A stretch of DNA of 64,000 bases from an archaeon. Its GTDB lineage: Archaea; Asgardarchaeota; Thorarchaeia; Thorarchaeales; Thorarchaeaceae. Below the pieces are notes generated by a model. The model did no database searches. It saw only the letters and a program-made list of their open reading frames with translations, and had not been told where the DNA came from. Numbering within the stretch: the stretch's first letter is position 1; each line of letters starts with the position of its first letter. The position numbers and the translations under genes were made by a program. The stretch lies in assembly GCA_024275415.1 (NCBI GenBank), contig JAJRZD010000035.1, positions 559-64,558 of the forward strand, written 5' to 3'. Shown in pieces: positions 48,806-58,999 of this stretch.

Positions 48806-50467
48806 TTGAGCATATTGACCGAGTTTGATGTGATTGTTATTGGCGGTGGAAGCACTGGTACTGCTGTTGCACGGGACTGTGCTATGCGTGGTTTGAAGAC
48901 CCTTCTTTTGGAGCGTGATGATATTGCATCTGCGACTGTTGGGACTTGTGCTGGCATGATAAGTTCTGGGTTCAAGTACTACCATGAGCCCGATATTATG
49001 GACTTGTGCTCTCACGAAGTGGTTCATCTCAAGCACATAGCCCGACATATCGTAGCTAAACTTCCAATCCTGTTCCCATTGATGGACTTGAGCGAAATCT
49101 CATCTGGCGGCAAAGGGATGGAAGAATATGAGAAGCGCGTGCAGGAACGGGGTGTTCCTCCTGTTCTAATCCTGACTCCTGAGGCATCGCGTGAGATTGA
49201 ACCGTCTCTCCATCCAGAGCTGATTGCAAGTGGTTATGTCGAGGAGTTCTTTATTGACCCTTTCCGGCTTTGCGTCCTACAGGCAAAAGATGCTGAACAG
49301 CATGGAGCAACAATCCGTACTTATTGTGAAGTCACAGCAATCGATATTCGAAATGGTGCAGTCCACACTGTGACCTATTTTAACAGGATGACTGGCACTC
49401 TTGAAACGGTTGAAGCCAAGGTAGTCATTAGCGCTACTGGTCCATGGGCGAGTGAGATCGCACGATTAGCAGGTATTTCATTAGAGCTTCGGCTGAACAA
49501 GGGCGCTCATGTCATCTTGGATCGGCGAGTCACCAATGTTGGAATTTCCACGCGAGCAGTTGATGGAAGATGGGTCTATCTGTTCCCGCATGAGAATACC
49601 ACACTCATAGGGACTACTGCACTTGATACTTGGGATAACCCTGATGAGCTTGTTACCTCTCAGGACGAGATCGAGTATCTTCTACGTAGTTTTGAATTCG
49701 TTGTCCCGTCTGTCCGCGAGGCTCGAATCATCCGGACCATGGAAGGTGTCCGACCGATGGCCCCCGTCTGGAAAGTTCCAGAAGGTGAAGTTACTCGGGG
49801 TTATGAGATTATCGACCATGGACAGGATGGAGTTTCCGGTTTCTACTCATTCATTGGTGGAAAGCTGGTGATGTGCAGACATATGGCAGAAGCCGTCACT
49901 GATATTGTATGTGAGCGACTTGGTGTGACGGGTTCTTGTGAAACTCATATCAAACCTCTACCAGGGATGTCTGAGGAGGTCGATGTGTTGATGCTAGCAG
50001 AGAAATATGGTGTGCCGTCGCATGCCCTTGAACGCCTCAAGGCCAGAAGAGGCTCCGAATTGGTTGAGATTCTTGAGATGACCCGTGAACACCCTGAGTG
50101 GACGAACATGGTGTGCATATGCGAACCTGTGATGGATGCTGAGATCCGCTATGCTATCCGAACCGAATATCCCCAAACATTGAACGACCTGCGAAGAAGG
50201 GTTCGATTGGGAACTGGCCCCTGCCAAGCAACATTCTGTACATTCAAAGCTGCCTCAATCATGGCAGAGGAACTAGGTCTTACTGGAAGTCAGACCCATT
50301 CGGAGATTGTTGATTATCTATCTGAACGTTGGAAAGGAAAGCGACCCCCCCTACGAGGCGCAGCACTGGCTCAAGAGGAGATTGTCAATGGGATATATGC
50401 GTGTGTTGGAAATCTTGAGCAAACTGTCATTGATTACGAGCCAAAGCCATGGGAGGAGATTCGTTAG
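48806..50467 (+). CDS. glpA: Anaerobic glycerol-3-phosphate dehydrogenase subunit A
   Basis: 'FDVIVIGGGSTGTAVARD' is the FAD Rossmann motif, and a C-terminal BFD-like [2Fe-2S] region 'CICEPVMDAEIRYAI...LGTGPCQATFC'. Confidence 0.85.
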   Translation: MSILTEFDVIVIGGGSTGTAVARDCAMRGLKTLLLERDDIASATVGTCAGMISSGFKYYHEPDIMDLCSHEVVHLKHIARHIVAKLPILFPLMDLSEISSGGKGMEEYEKRVQERGVPPVLILTPEASREIEPSLHPELIASGYVEEFFIDPFRLCVLQAKDAEQHGATIRTYCEVTAIDIRNGAVHTVTYFNRMTGTLETVEAKVVISATGPWASEIARLAGISLELRLNKGAHVILDRRVTNVGISTRAVDGRWVYLFPHENTTLIGTTALDTWDNPDELVTSQDEIEYLLRSFEFVVPSVREARIIRTMEGVRPMAPVWKVPEGEVTRGYEIIDHGQDGVSGFYSFIGGKLVMCRHMAEAVTDIVCERLGVTGSCETHIKPLPGMSEEVDVLMLAEKYGVPSHALERLKARRGSELVEILEMTREHPEWTNMVCICEPVMDAEIRYAIRTEYPQTLNDLRRRVRLGTGPCQATFCTFKAASIMAEELGLTGSQTHSEIVDYLSERWKGKRPPLRGAALAQEEIVNGIYACVGNLEQTVIDYEPKPWEEIR

Positions 50468-51805
50468 ATGGATGCAGATTATGATATTGTTGTGATTGGT
50501 GGTGGGTTGGCCGGCCTCACAGCAGGGATATCAGCGGCCCAGATGAATGCTAATACGCTGGTCGTTCGTAAAGGAGAGGGTGCTACCTCATTATCCTCTG
50601 GGGCTTTGGATATTGCCGGATATCTACGCGGCGGTGAAACCCCTTTTCTTACTCCTGAGGAAGGAGTCGCTGCATTGGCCCATGTTTATCCATTTCATCC
50701 CTATTCAGTGCTTGAGAGCATTCCTTCTCTTGGTCTGAAAGAGATCGTTTCGTGGCTCAAAGACATACTCGCTGGTTCTCCGTCTGCAATGATTGGCAGC
50801 CACGACACAACAACCATGGCATTGACAATTCTAGGCACAAAAAAACCGACTTGTCTTGTTCAGAGAACAATGCATACTACTCGCTTGGATAACACTGATG
50901 AAACGCTTCTTTTTGCAGGGATTAAAGGACTGGCGGACTTCAATCCGTCCACTGCATCAAAAGCGTTGATGGAATCCGTTATTGCTGGTGAAACTGGTCC
51001 TCACAAGATTGTGCATACTCTACTGGAATGTAGTCCCTTTCGCCAACCCTCCAATATCTCACCAGTCGAACTAGCACGATACATCGAAACCGAGGATGGG
51101 TTGGATAGGATCATAAAAGAGCTTCAGCATTGTACTGAGCAGACCGGAACAACTCTAATCGCTCTGCCCCCAATTCTTGGTTTGGTCAATCCTATTGAAA
51201 TAAAGAAGCGAATCGAGGAAGAAACTGGGACAGAGATTTTCGAGCTGTTATCTTTTCCCCCCTCTGTCCCAGGCTACCGGTTACAAAGGTCTCTTGAAGC
51301 ATCGTTGAAGAAAGCAGGAGGGACTCTTCTGGTCGGTCATGAGGCTGTTTCATTCAAGAAGCAGGAAGGCAAGATCATTGATATCACTTTGAAGAGCCCT
51401 CGCAGGACATTCAATACACACCCGAAAAGTGTCATTCTGGCTACTGGCAAGTTTGTTGGAGGTGGACTTGCAGGGAATCGAACAGGGCTTAGAGAAACCG
51501 TCTTCGATCTACCTGTTCTGGATGGGACGCGCCAATCTGTTCAAGATGTCAGACCATCTCATTTGACACGAGTTGTCCCATTGCACAAGGAAGGTCACCC
51601 TCTCTTTGAATGCGGTATTGGGTTCGACACCCGCTTCAGGCCAATCGATGTCAAAGGCGACATCTTCGCATCGAATCTCTTTGCTGCGGGTTCTGTCCTT
51701 TGCGGATACAACTATCCCGTAGAAAAGAGCGGGTTGGGAGTAGCGCTTGTCACTGGAAGAATATGTGGTGTTCATGCAGCGGAGAATGTCACAGGAGGGA
51801 ACTAA
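50468..51805 (+). CDS. glpB: Anaerobic glycerol-3-phosphate dehydrogenase subunit B
   Basis: 'YDIVVIGGGLAGLTAGISAA'. Position and size (445 aa) between glpA and glpC. Confidence 0.8.
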   Translation: MDADYDIVVIGGGLAGLTAGISAAQMNANTLVVRKGEGATSLSSGALDIAGYLRGGETPFLTPEEGVAALAHVYPFHPYSVLESIPSLGLKEIVSWLKDILAGSPSAMIGSHDTTTMALTILGTKKPTCLVQRTMHTTRLDNTDETLLFAGIKGLADFNPSTASKALMESVIAGETGPHKIVHTLLECSPFRQPSNISPVELARYIETEDGLDRIIKELQHCTEQTGTTLIALPPILGLVNPIEIKKRIEEETGTEIFELLSFPPSVPGYRLQRSLEASLKKAGGTLLVGHEAVSFKKQEGKIIDITLKSPRRTFNTHPKSVILATGKFVGGGLAGNRTGLRETVFDLPVLDGTRQSVQDVRPSHLTRVVPLHKEGHPLFECGIGFDTRFRPIDVKGDIFASNLFAAGSVLCGYNYPVEKSGLGVALVTGRICGVHAAENVTGGN

Positions 51806-53038
51806 GTGGACGAAGAAGAAGCCTATGCACATGTCAGGAATACACTCAAAGAAGAGCGAATGATGCCGTTCTCCACCTCTGAAATGGAAGTGGTTCGATC
51901 CGTAGGACAATGTATCAACTGCGGTACTTGCCTCAATCACTGCCCTGTAACGCGTGCTGTGGGAGTTGAGAGATTCACAGGCCCTCGGGGAATAGCTGTG
52001 GAACTTAGTCGTTCCCCTCCCGAGTATTGGTCTAGTACCGACAGAATCTACCTTTGTACGGGCTGTGGTACATGCCGGGAAGTATGTCCAAAAAATGTTG
52101 ACATACCGAATGTCGTGAATCTTATGAGGCGACGCATCTTCTCCCAGCGTCCTGATCTCGTTCCTCAAAGCCTACATCAGCAGAACGAGATTCTTCGAAA
52201 GCATAATCTTGCATTTGTTCCATGGGATGACCCTGACGAGAAAGCAGAAAGCAGGAATATGCGTCTTGAGCGACTCGACCTACCTTTCATCAAGGACAAG
52301 ATTCGAAAGGGAGCAGAGGTACTTTTCTATCCTGGCTGTCAGGCTGAAGAACGTGCTCAGGAGGTTCGAGAGGCAGCAAAAATAATCCTTGAACGGTTCA
52401 ATGTTGATTATACTCTCGTTGAGAAAATGACCTGCTGTAGCCTGCCAGCAATACTGGTGGGTGACATGGAAAAGTCCATCGAGCTGTCTACCATTCTCAA
52501 GAAGCAGATTGATGACCTTGGAGTTAAGAAGATAGTCACAACTTGCGCAGGCTGTACATCGAACCTTAATGAGATTGCAGCACGAAACAATTGGGAAATT
52601 CCTGTCTATCATATCCTTGAGTTTCTAGTCGAAGACATAGGTGTTCATGAGGTATCTAAAGCACTCTCCCCCATGGATGACCATACTGTGAGGGTAACTG
52701 TTCATGATCCTTGTCACCTCATCCGCCATACATCCCGTCGGGTTCTCGAGTATGCCCATCGCCTACTGAATGCAATACCTGATGTGGAGGTGGTCGAGTC
52801 AAGTGCACACGACCTGTGTTGTGGAGGTGGCGGATTGGTCGGAAGGCATTCTCCTGACGTGTCGCGTGTGATAGTGAAAGAAAATATCCGAGCAATCAAA
52901 GAAACCTCAGCTGAGCGTATAGTAACTCCCTGCCCTCTTTGCACTGCGCAGATTGAGGAATCCCTTTTCAGAGATGGTAGTGACATCGAAGTGGATGATC
53001 TAACTGTATTCATCGCTCAGAGTTTTGAAGGAGGCTGA
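51806..53038 (+). CDS. glpC: Anaerobic glycerol-3-phosphate dehydrogenase subunit C (Fe-S, CCG domains)
   Basis: Two ferredoxin motifs (CINCGTCLNHCPV; CTGCGTCREVCPK) and CCG-domain cysteines (TCCSLP; LCCGGGG). GTG start. Confidence 0.8.
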   Translation: MDEEEAYAHVRNTLKEERMMPFSTSEMEVVRSVGQCINCGTCLNHCPVTRAVGVERFTGPRGIAVELSRSPPEYWSSTDRIYLCTGCGTCREVCPKNVDIPNVVNLMRRRIFSQRPDLVPQSLHQQNEILRKHNLAFVPWDDPDEKAESRNMRLERLDLPFIKDKIRKGAEVLFYPGCQAEERAQEVREAAKIILERFNVDYTLVEKMTCCSLPAILVGDMEKSIELSTILKKQIDDLGVKKIVTTCAGCTSNLNEIAARNNWEIPVYHILEFLVEDIGVHEVSKALSPMDDHTVRVTVHDPCHLIRHTSRRVLEYAHRLLNAIPDVEVVESSAHDLCCGGGGLVGRHSPDVSRVIVKENIRAIKETSAERIVTPCPLCTAQIEESLFRDGSDIEVDDLTVFIAQSFEGG

Positions 53039-54470
53039 TGGGTTGATTGGCGCCAAACGAAAGACAATTGCAGCAGAACGAATTGCTGGTGTCATAGGGA
53101 ACGATTTTGTCACAATTCACGAAACCGATGCGTTGTTGACCTCTGTCGATGCATGGCCGTTGAGCCTAGCAAAGATCAGGGCTGGAGAGTTAATCCCCTT
53201 TGCAGATATCGTGGCATATCCCCATAATGTGGAGGAGGTTTCCCAGATTCTTGCTATATGCAGTGAGCTTGAGATTCCCGTGACTCCAGTCGGAGGCGGT
53301 GCAGGAAGCTGTGGGGGAATCATCCCTGTATACGGAGGCCTTCATCTAGACCTGAAGCGTATGAATAGGATCATTGGCATAGATCATGACTCGATGGTCG
53401 TTCGGGTCGAGGCTGGAGTAGTTGGGATTGATTTGGAGGAACATGTCAACCGTTTCGGTTATACCACTGGTCACACGCCCACTTCGTTGAGAGCATCCAA
53501 TGTGGGAGGCTTTCTTGCAACACGGTCTGGGGGGTCGATGTCATCACTTTACGGGAAGATTGAGGACATGACGTTGGGTCTCCAAGTTGTTATCCCAGAT
53601 GGCTCTATCATCGAATGCAAGGCTGTTCCGCGCCATTCGGTAGGTCCTGATCTAAAGCAGGTGTTCATTGGTTCCGAAGGTACGTTGGGTGTTATCACAG
53701 AAGCCACGTTGCAACTGTTCCCGATACCAGAAGAACGACGATTCAGGAGCATGTGCTTTCCTGACATAACCAGTGGGCTGGACGCAATACGAAGCATCTT
53801 CCGAGCTGGGATTCGTCCCTCCGTGGTCAGATTGTATGATGAAACTGACACCGCAATGTCGATAGCACCACACTTTGAGGTGGATGACGAGTCCTGCATG
53901 TTGCTTCTTGCATTCGACGGCTCAAGAGAACGAGTGGCCCTCGATGAACAGCAATCAGCAAATATCTGTCAGGCGCACGGTGCGCAGGACTATGGTGATG
54001 GGCCATCTCGGAGATGGTGGGAGCATCGATATGACATGTACTATCCATCGAAATTCCTGACATCAGGCTATTCGATTGCCGATACCATTGATGTGGTTGC
54101 AACCTACGACCGGCTGGAGAGAGTCTATTGGTCAATGAAAGAGGCGATGGAATCGGAAGGTGCCATTGTTCTCTGTCATTTTTCACATATGTATCTACAT
54201 GGCGGAAGCATGTACATGATATTCTTCTCCTCACAACCTGATGCCGAGTCCTTGTGGTCCACATACGAGCGTATCTGGCATGCGGGGATTGAGGCATGTC
54301 ACAAAGAAGGTGGAGTAATGAGTCATCAGCACGGAGTAGGTCTTACCCGTAGCACATACACTGAGGATGAACTGGGCAGTAGTTTCCATGTTCTTAAGAT
54401 GATAAAACAAGCTCTTGACCCGAAAGGTATCATGAACCCCGGAAAGCTGGGCATGGGGGTACAGAAGTGA
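53025..54470 (+). CDS. FAD-linked oxidase (GlcD / D-lactate dehydrogenase family)
   Basis: FAD_binding_4-like 'PVTPVGGGAGSCGG' with a C-terminal FAD-oxidase domain. TTG start overlapping the glpC end. Confidence 0.8.
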   Translation: MKEADGLIGAKRKTIAAERIAGVIGNDFVTIHETDALLTSVDAWPLSLAKIRAGELIPFADIVAYPHNVEEVSQILAICSELEIPVTPVGGGAGSCGGIIPVYGGLHLDLKRMNRIIGIDHDSMVVRVEAGVVGIDLEEHVNRFGYTTGHTPTSLRASNVGGFLATRSGGSMSSLYGKIEDMTLGLQVVIPDGSIIECKAVPRHSVGPDLKQVFIGSEGTLGVITEATLQLFPIPEERRFRSMCFPDITSGLDAIRSIFRAGIRPSVVRLYDETDTAMSIAPHFEVDDESCMLLLAFDGSRERVALDEQQSANICQAHGAQDYGDGPSRRWWEHRYDMYYPSKFLTSGYSIADTIDVVATYDRLERVYWSMKEAMESEGAIVLCHFSHMYLHGGSMYMIFFSSQPDAESLWSTYERIWHAGIEACHKEGGVMSHQHGVGLTRSTYTEDELGSSFHVLKMIKQALDPKGIMNPGKLGMGVQK

Positions 54471-55591
54471 TGGATTCAGAACAATATGCCGACCAGATAC
54501 GCCTCTGTGCATCGTGTCCAAAACTATGTCGTCATGTATGCCCGACTTTTTCTGCTTGGCGATCTAATGCCCCAACGCCACACGGTCGTGCCATCTTGCT
54601 CCACTATGAGGCAGTGGGAGCACGAAACCTTGATGATCGAGCGGTCGAAGTGATTTATCAGTGCCTACAATGCAGTCATTGTTTGACTTGGTGTATCCCC
54701 GAGGTCGATATTGCAAGCATCGTTGAGATGACACGTGAACGGCTGGTTTCAGAGGATAGATATCCGTCAGGTCTGGACAGACTAAAACAATCTGTGGACG
54801 CAAACCATAACCCATTTGGTGAGCCCCATGGGACTAGAACCTCTTGGTATGTGACTGAGGGAGGCGAGGTAACACGGATTGTCTATTTCACTGGGTGCAC
54901 AGCGTCATACAGAGAACAGTCCATTGCTGTGGCCACAGTCGAACTCCTACGTTCCATCGGCTATCAGGTATTAGTCTTGGATGATGAGTGGTGTTGCGGG
55001 TCTCCCTTGCTCAGGACCGGCTTTGTTCCCGATGCATTGGTGCAGGCTGAACATAACGTTGAGGTGCTCAACTCAATTGACGCCGAAGCGATAGTCGCCA
55101 CTTGTCCGGGGTGCTACAAAACATTGGTGAAAGACTATCCCGAACACGGACTGTCCATTCGCATTCCTGTAAGACACATCTCCGATCTATTGGATGAAAA
55201 GCTATCTGCCCTCGATGAGAGTGACTTCTCCGAGGTCATTACATATCACGACCCGTGCCATCTAGGACGGCATTCTGGAGTGTACGATGCTCCTCGCGAA
55301 GTGATCAGGAAGATTTCAGGGGTTGAGGTTTCTGAGATGAAACGGAACCGAGAGAACGCAACCTGCTGTGGGAATGGAGCAGGGCTTCGTACGTTGTTTC
55401 CAGATGCAGCGAAACGAATCGGAAGCTCTAGGATACAAGACGCTAAAGATGTAGGCGCGAGGGTCTTGGTGACCTCCTGTCCGTTCTGCAAGAATATGCT
55501 CAAGGGCCAGGCTGATGAGTCGCTAGATGTGTTCGACTTGCCTGAATTCGTACTTGGAATGACCCAACGCCTCAATCAGAAAGATGAATAA
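54467..55591 (+). CDS. Fe-S/CCG-domain protein, GlcF-like partner of the FAD-linked oxidase
   Basis: 'CASCPKLCRHVCP' and 'CLQCSHCLTWC' are ferredoxin motifs. CCG motifs 'WCCGSPL' and 'TCCGNGAG'. Confidence 0.75.
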   Translation: MMDSEQYADQIRLCASCPKLCRHVCPTFSAWRSNAPTPHGRAILLHYEAVGARNLDDRAVEVIYQCLQCSHCLTWCIPEVDIASIVEMTRERLVSEDRYPSGLDRLKQSVDANHNPFGEPHGTRTSWYVTEGGEVTRIVYFTGCTASYREQSIAVATVELLRSIGYQVLVLDDEWCCGSPLLRTGFVPDALVQAEHNVEVLNSIDAEAIVATCPGCYKTLVKDYPEHGLSIRIPVRHISDLLDEKLSALDESDFSEVITYHDPCHLGRHSGVYDAPREVIRKISGVEVSEMKRNRENATCCGNGAGLRTLFPDAAKRIGSSRIQDAKDVGARVLVTSCPFCKNMLKGQADESLDVFDLPEFVLGMTQRLNQKDE

Positions 55592-55612
55592 GCCAAATGA
55601 GGTAATCACACA

Positions 55613-56731
55613 ATGACTACAATGGATCACGACGAAGCACTGTACCTGAAGATTAGATTGTTACTTGAAGGTGCTGTCATCCCAGAAGGATTCTCAAGGG
55701 GACGTAAGGGAGGAGCTGGCCCTGTGGGAGGTAGATACTTCATGCTCCCTAATGGAAGTCTGTGTGGGATTCCCATCCGCACAAGTGAACAGGCTCGAAT
55801 CTTCAATTCCTCGAACTTGGAACCACTTGAAGATGATAAGTGGCGGTACGATTCGAAGTACATCGTAACAGAGATTCCCACTCCAGAAATCTATCAGCAT
55901 TCAACAAAAGATGGAATCGACTATGGCAAGATTGCTCTTCTTCATGGAACCGAATGTCTAGCCACAACAGTATTCCAGTCGTGTAAATACTGGTCTACAG
56001 GTGACCAATGCAAGTTCTGCACGATACCCACCTCGTTTTTGAGCGGGAATACAATCAAAGAGAAGACGCCTGAGCAGATTGCAGAGGTCGTCAAGCAAGG
56101 GTTGAAGGATGGTATTATCAAACATGTCTTGCTCACGACCGGAACCTCTGAGGGTGAGGATATGGGAATTGAGCGGCTGGTCAGTATTGCAGAAGCAATC
56201 AGGGAGTTCAGCAACATTCCTATCGCAGTACAGTTCGAGCCACCGGAGGACACTTCGTATCTGAAGAAATTGGCTGATGTAGGTGTGAATGCAGTCGGCA
56301 TCCATCTTGAGAGTGCCGATGAAAAGATACGTTCCGAGATGTGTCCTGGCAAGTACAGGTACGGCTCTTTTGAGCTGTACAATAGGACTTGGGATGCTGC
56401 AAGAAAGTACTTCAAGAAAGGTGATGTTTCGACATTTCTTCTCTTTGGTCTCGGAGAGAATCTAGAACAAACGATAGATCTGTGTGAGTACCTTGCTCAA
56501 AAAGGCATTCTTCCAGTTGTTACTCCATTCAGGCCCGCTCCCGGAAGCCAGCTTGCAGACTTTGTTCCGCATTATGTCGGACGGCTAGACGAGTCCGTTG
56601 AGTTTTATAAGAAACTGGGAACAATCCTTTTCAAACATGGCTTGGATCCTAAGAGCACTTCTGCCGGATGCTCACGATGTGGTGGCTGTACGCCGATGCA
56701 GGATGCATATAACTGGGCAAGCCATCAATGA
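55613..56731 (+). CDS. Radical-SAM-like protein with non-canonical cysteine spacing
   Basis: 'ECLATTVFQSCKYWSTGDQCKFC' has spacing Cx9Cx8Cx2C rather than CX3CX2C. 'LLTTGTSEGED' is glycine-rich like a SAM-binding GGE region. The C-terminus has CxxCxxC (AGCSRCGGC). Confidence 0.5.
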   Translation: MTTMDHDEALYLKIRLLLEGAVIPEGFSRGRKGGAGPVGGRYFMLPNGSLCGIPIRTSEQARIFNSSNLEPLEDDKWRYDSKYIVTEIPTPEIYQHSTKDGIDYGKIALLHGTECLATTVFQSCKYWSTGDQCKFCTIPTSFLSGNTIKEKTPEQIAEVVKQGLKDGIIKHVLLTTGTSEGEDMGIERLVSIAEAIREFSNIPIAVQFEPPEDTSYLKKLADVGVNAVGIHLESADEKIRSEMCPGKYRYGSFELYNRTWDAARKYFKKGDVSTFLLFGLGENLEQTIDLCEYLAQKGILPVVTPFRPAPGSQLADFVPHYVGRLDESVEFYKKLGTILFKHGLDPKSTSAGCSRCGGCTPMQDAYNWASHQ

Positions 56732-56754
56732 CACTAAAGTAGAGGGTCTGGACA

Positions 56755-57255
56755 GTGAATGACTTTGTTCTTTCCCATGAAGAGATCCGCATCATAGAAT
56801 TCTCAGAAGAGGATGCCGAGGAGATATCGCAACTATTCCGAGAGGTCTGGCCACAGGCTACTGAGTACCCCGAGGGATGGAGGAAGAAGCGGATGTACTC
56901 GGCTGAACAGATCATCGATGATATGCGGAATGGATACCATTACTTTGGATCACGATTACAGGGACGAATCGTTGGTGTCTATAAGGCACTAATTACCGAC
57001 AAGGGTCTCTTTGGGGAGCATCAAGCCGTAAGTGCGGAATACCGGAACTCTGGACTTGCCTCTGCAATGTATGTACAGTTTGCTGAATACGGGAAAGCCC
57101 ATGGATGCAAAAGGAACTATTGCAATATCCTAGTTGGTCATAAACCGAGTGAGCGACTGATGAAGCACTTTGGATTCTGCCCGTGGGGTGAGCCCTATGA
57201 GCAGTATCCGGGGATGCAGGTTCAGATGTATGAACGTCCTTTGGACGAGGAATGA
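56755..57255 (+). CDS. GNAT N-acetyltransferase
   Basis: 'YRNSGLASAMYVQFAEYGKAHGCKRNYCNI' is a motif A/B-like region. 166 aa, 24 nt downstream of the radical-SAM-like gene. Confidence 0.7.
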   Translation: MNDFVLSHEEIRIIEFSEEDAEEISQLFREVWPQATEYPEGWRKKRMYSAEQIIDDMRNGYHYFGSRLQGRIVGVYKALITDKGLFGEHQAVSAEYRNSGLASAMYVQFAEYGKAHGCKRNYCNILVGHKPSERLMKHFGFCPWGEPYEQYPGMQVQMYERPLDEE

Positions 57256-57322
57256 CCACAACAATATACCGGAATACTCATAGATGTTACAAGTTACAAT
57301 ACTCGCTTACATCCGTTGAGGT

Positions 57323-58999
57323 ATGCTGCTGATGAATCTATTCTCTATCTTGGTGGACGGAAAAGAGATTGATACTGGGAACTATGTGACCTTTCCTGAT
57401 ATGAATCGTGTAATAGAAGACCCTGGGTTAGCCATTGCACTACAGATGCGGAGCATACCCTTTTTTCAAAGACTGATGATTTCTCGGGCCACACGTTTGA
57501 TTCCGGAGAAATCTCCTGAACTTCGATATCTGAAAGACTTTGTGAAGGCGCATGGCGTTCCCAATTACTCGAAAGACGAGATTGATGAGGTTGCCTTTGC
57601 TCAGGTCGCTATCGCACGTGAATCGGACATCAATGAGGCGCTTGACGCAGGGGTTCGTGACCATGGTCATCTTTTCAATCCTTTCATGGTCGAGGGAATG
57701 GGAGTCACCCTTGACGAGCGTGTCGAGGCGTTATATCAGGCTGGGCTTGCAGTGAAGGATCATTTCAAAGAGGTTCGCGACATATCTGTTAAGGAGGGAG
57801 TGCCCATTGGCACATTCAACTGGACTTGGGAGATGTTCACTGAGTACTTGGAGAAAGAAACCTTTGAGCTATGGGGCAAAAGCCTCGATATTGTAGAAGC
57901 ACCTGGCCGGGACGGAGGTAAGAACTTCAGATTTCGTGAACCTTATGGAGTGGCCTGTCTGTTCACACCGTATAATTCTCCACTGGCTTTGGGAATTCTC
58001 AGCATCACATCATCGATTCTGGCAGGTAATGCTACTATTCTGAAGCCTCCAGCAAAAGTGCCCCTCAGCACGATTATACTCGGTAAGATATTCATGGAGC
58101 GATTCTTGGACATGGGGCTTCCTTCAGCCATGATCCAAGTCATCACAGGCAGTGGGAAGAGGCTGATGAACCGATTCATGAGCGATTCTCGAGTTGGAAC
58201 CATCGTGTGGTATGGAGATAGTGACAGAGGGCTTCAGTTGTGGTCAGATGCAGTCGCTCGCAGAATACAGATGGCCCCCGAACTTGCTGGAAGTGATGCA
58301 AGTCTTGTCTGGGGTAAGGATGTGGACTTGAGTTTTGCAGCAAAGATGATTGTGAAAGGACGATATTTGGGAAGTGGACAGGCGTGCATGGCTGTGAAAC
58401 GACTACTTGTCCAAGATACGCTGTATAAGGATCTCCTTCACTTGGTGATTGAAGAAGCGGAAACTCTTAAGGTAGGTCTCCCTTCAAACCCCGATGTCAC
58501 ACTCCCACCAGTAGGGCTGACTGCATTGTACCTCCTCATAGATCAGATGAAAGACGCTCAGGCGAAAGGAGCTATGGTCGAAACAGGTGGTTATCGGATG
58601 AATTATCTTGGAGAAGAAGACCCTGCTGGATTGTTCTACAAACCTACAATCTTGACGAATGTCACACTTGATATGCGAGTCATGAAGGAAGAGGTCTTCG
58701 CACCAGCACTGCCAGTCATGAGCGTGTCCAGTGTCGAGCAAGCCATATCGATTGCAAATGCCACTCGGTTCGGTCTGCGTTCATCAATCTTTACAGACGA
58801 CTCCAATGTCAGGATGGCGTGGGTAAAGGGAATACAAGCTGCTGGAGTAAACGTTGGGCAGGATCATCTCTATTTCGATCCACATATGCCTCATCTTGGA
58901 GGCTATAAGGACTCGGGGATAATTGGTGGCAAGTACTTTCCTGAGATGCTTACTCGGATGAAGTATGTACATACGGGCCCCGGAATTCAACTTGAATGA
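57323..58999 (+). CDS. Aldehyde dehydrogenase superfamily protein with an N-terminal extension
   Basis: 'GSGQACMAVKR' matches the ALDH catalytic Cys region (GQxCxA). 'ILKPP' and 'FGLRSSIFT'. ~150 extra N-terminal residues. Confidence 0.65.
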   Translation: MLLMNLFSILVDGKEIDTGNYVTFPDMNRVIEDPGLAIALQMRSIPFFQRLMISRATRLIPEKSPELRYLKDFVKAHGVPNYSKDEIDEVAFAQVAIARESDINEALDAGVRDHGHLFNPFMVEGMGVTLDERVEALYQAGLAVKDHFKEVRDISVKEGVPIGTFNWTWEMFTEYLEKETFELWGKSLDIVEAPGRDGGKNFRFREPYGVACLFTPYNSPLALGILSITSSILAGNATILKPPAKVPLSTIILGKIFMERFLDMGLPSAMIQVITGSGKRLMNRFMSDSRVGTIVWYGDSDRGLQLWSDAVARRIQMAPELAGSDASLVWGKDVDLSFAAKMIVKGRYLGSGQACMAVKRLLVQDTLYKDLLHLVIEEAETLKVGLPSNPDVTLPPVGLTALYLLIDQMKDAQAKGAMVETGGYRMNYLGEEDPAGLFYKPTILTNVTLDMRVMKEEVFAPALPVMSVSSVEQAISIANATRFGLRSSIFTDDSNVRMAWVKGIQAAGVNVGQDHLYFDPHMPHLGGYKDSGIIGGKYFPEMLTRMKYVHTGPGIQLE

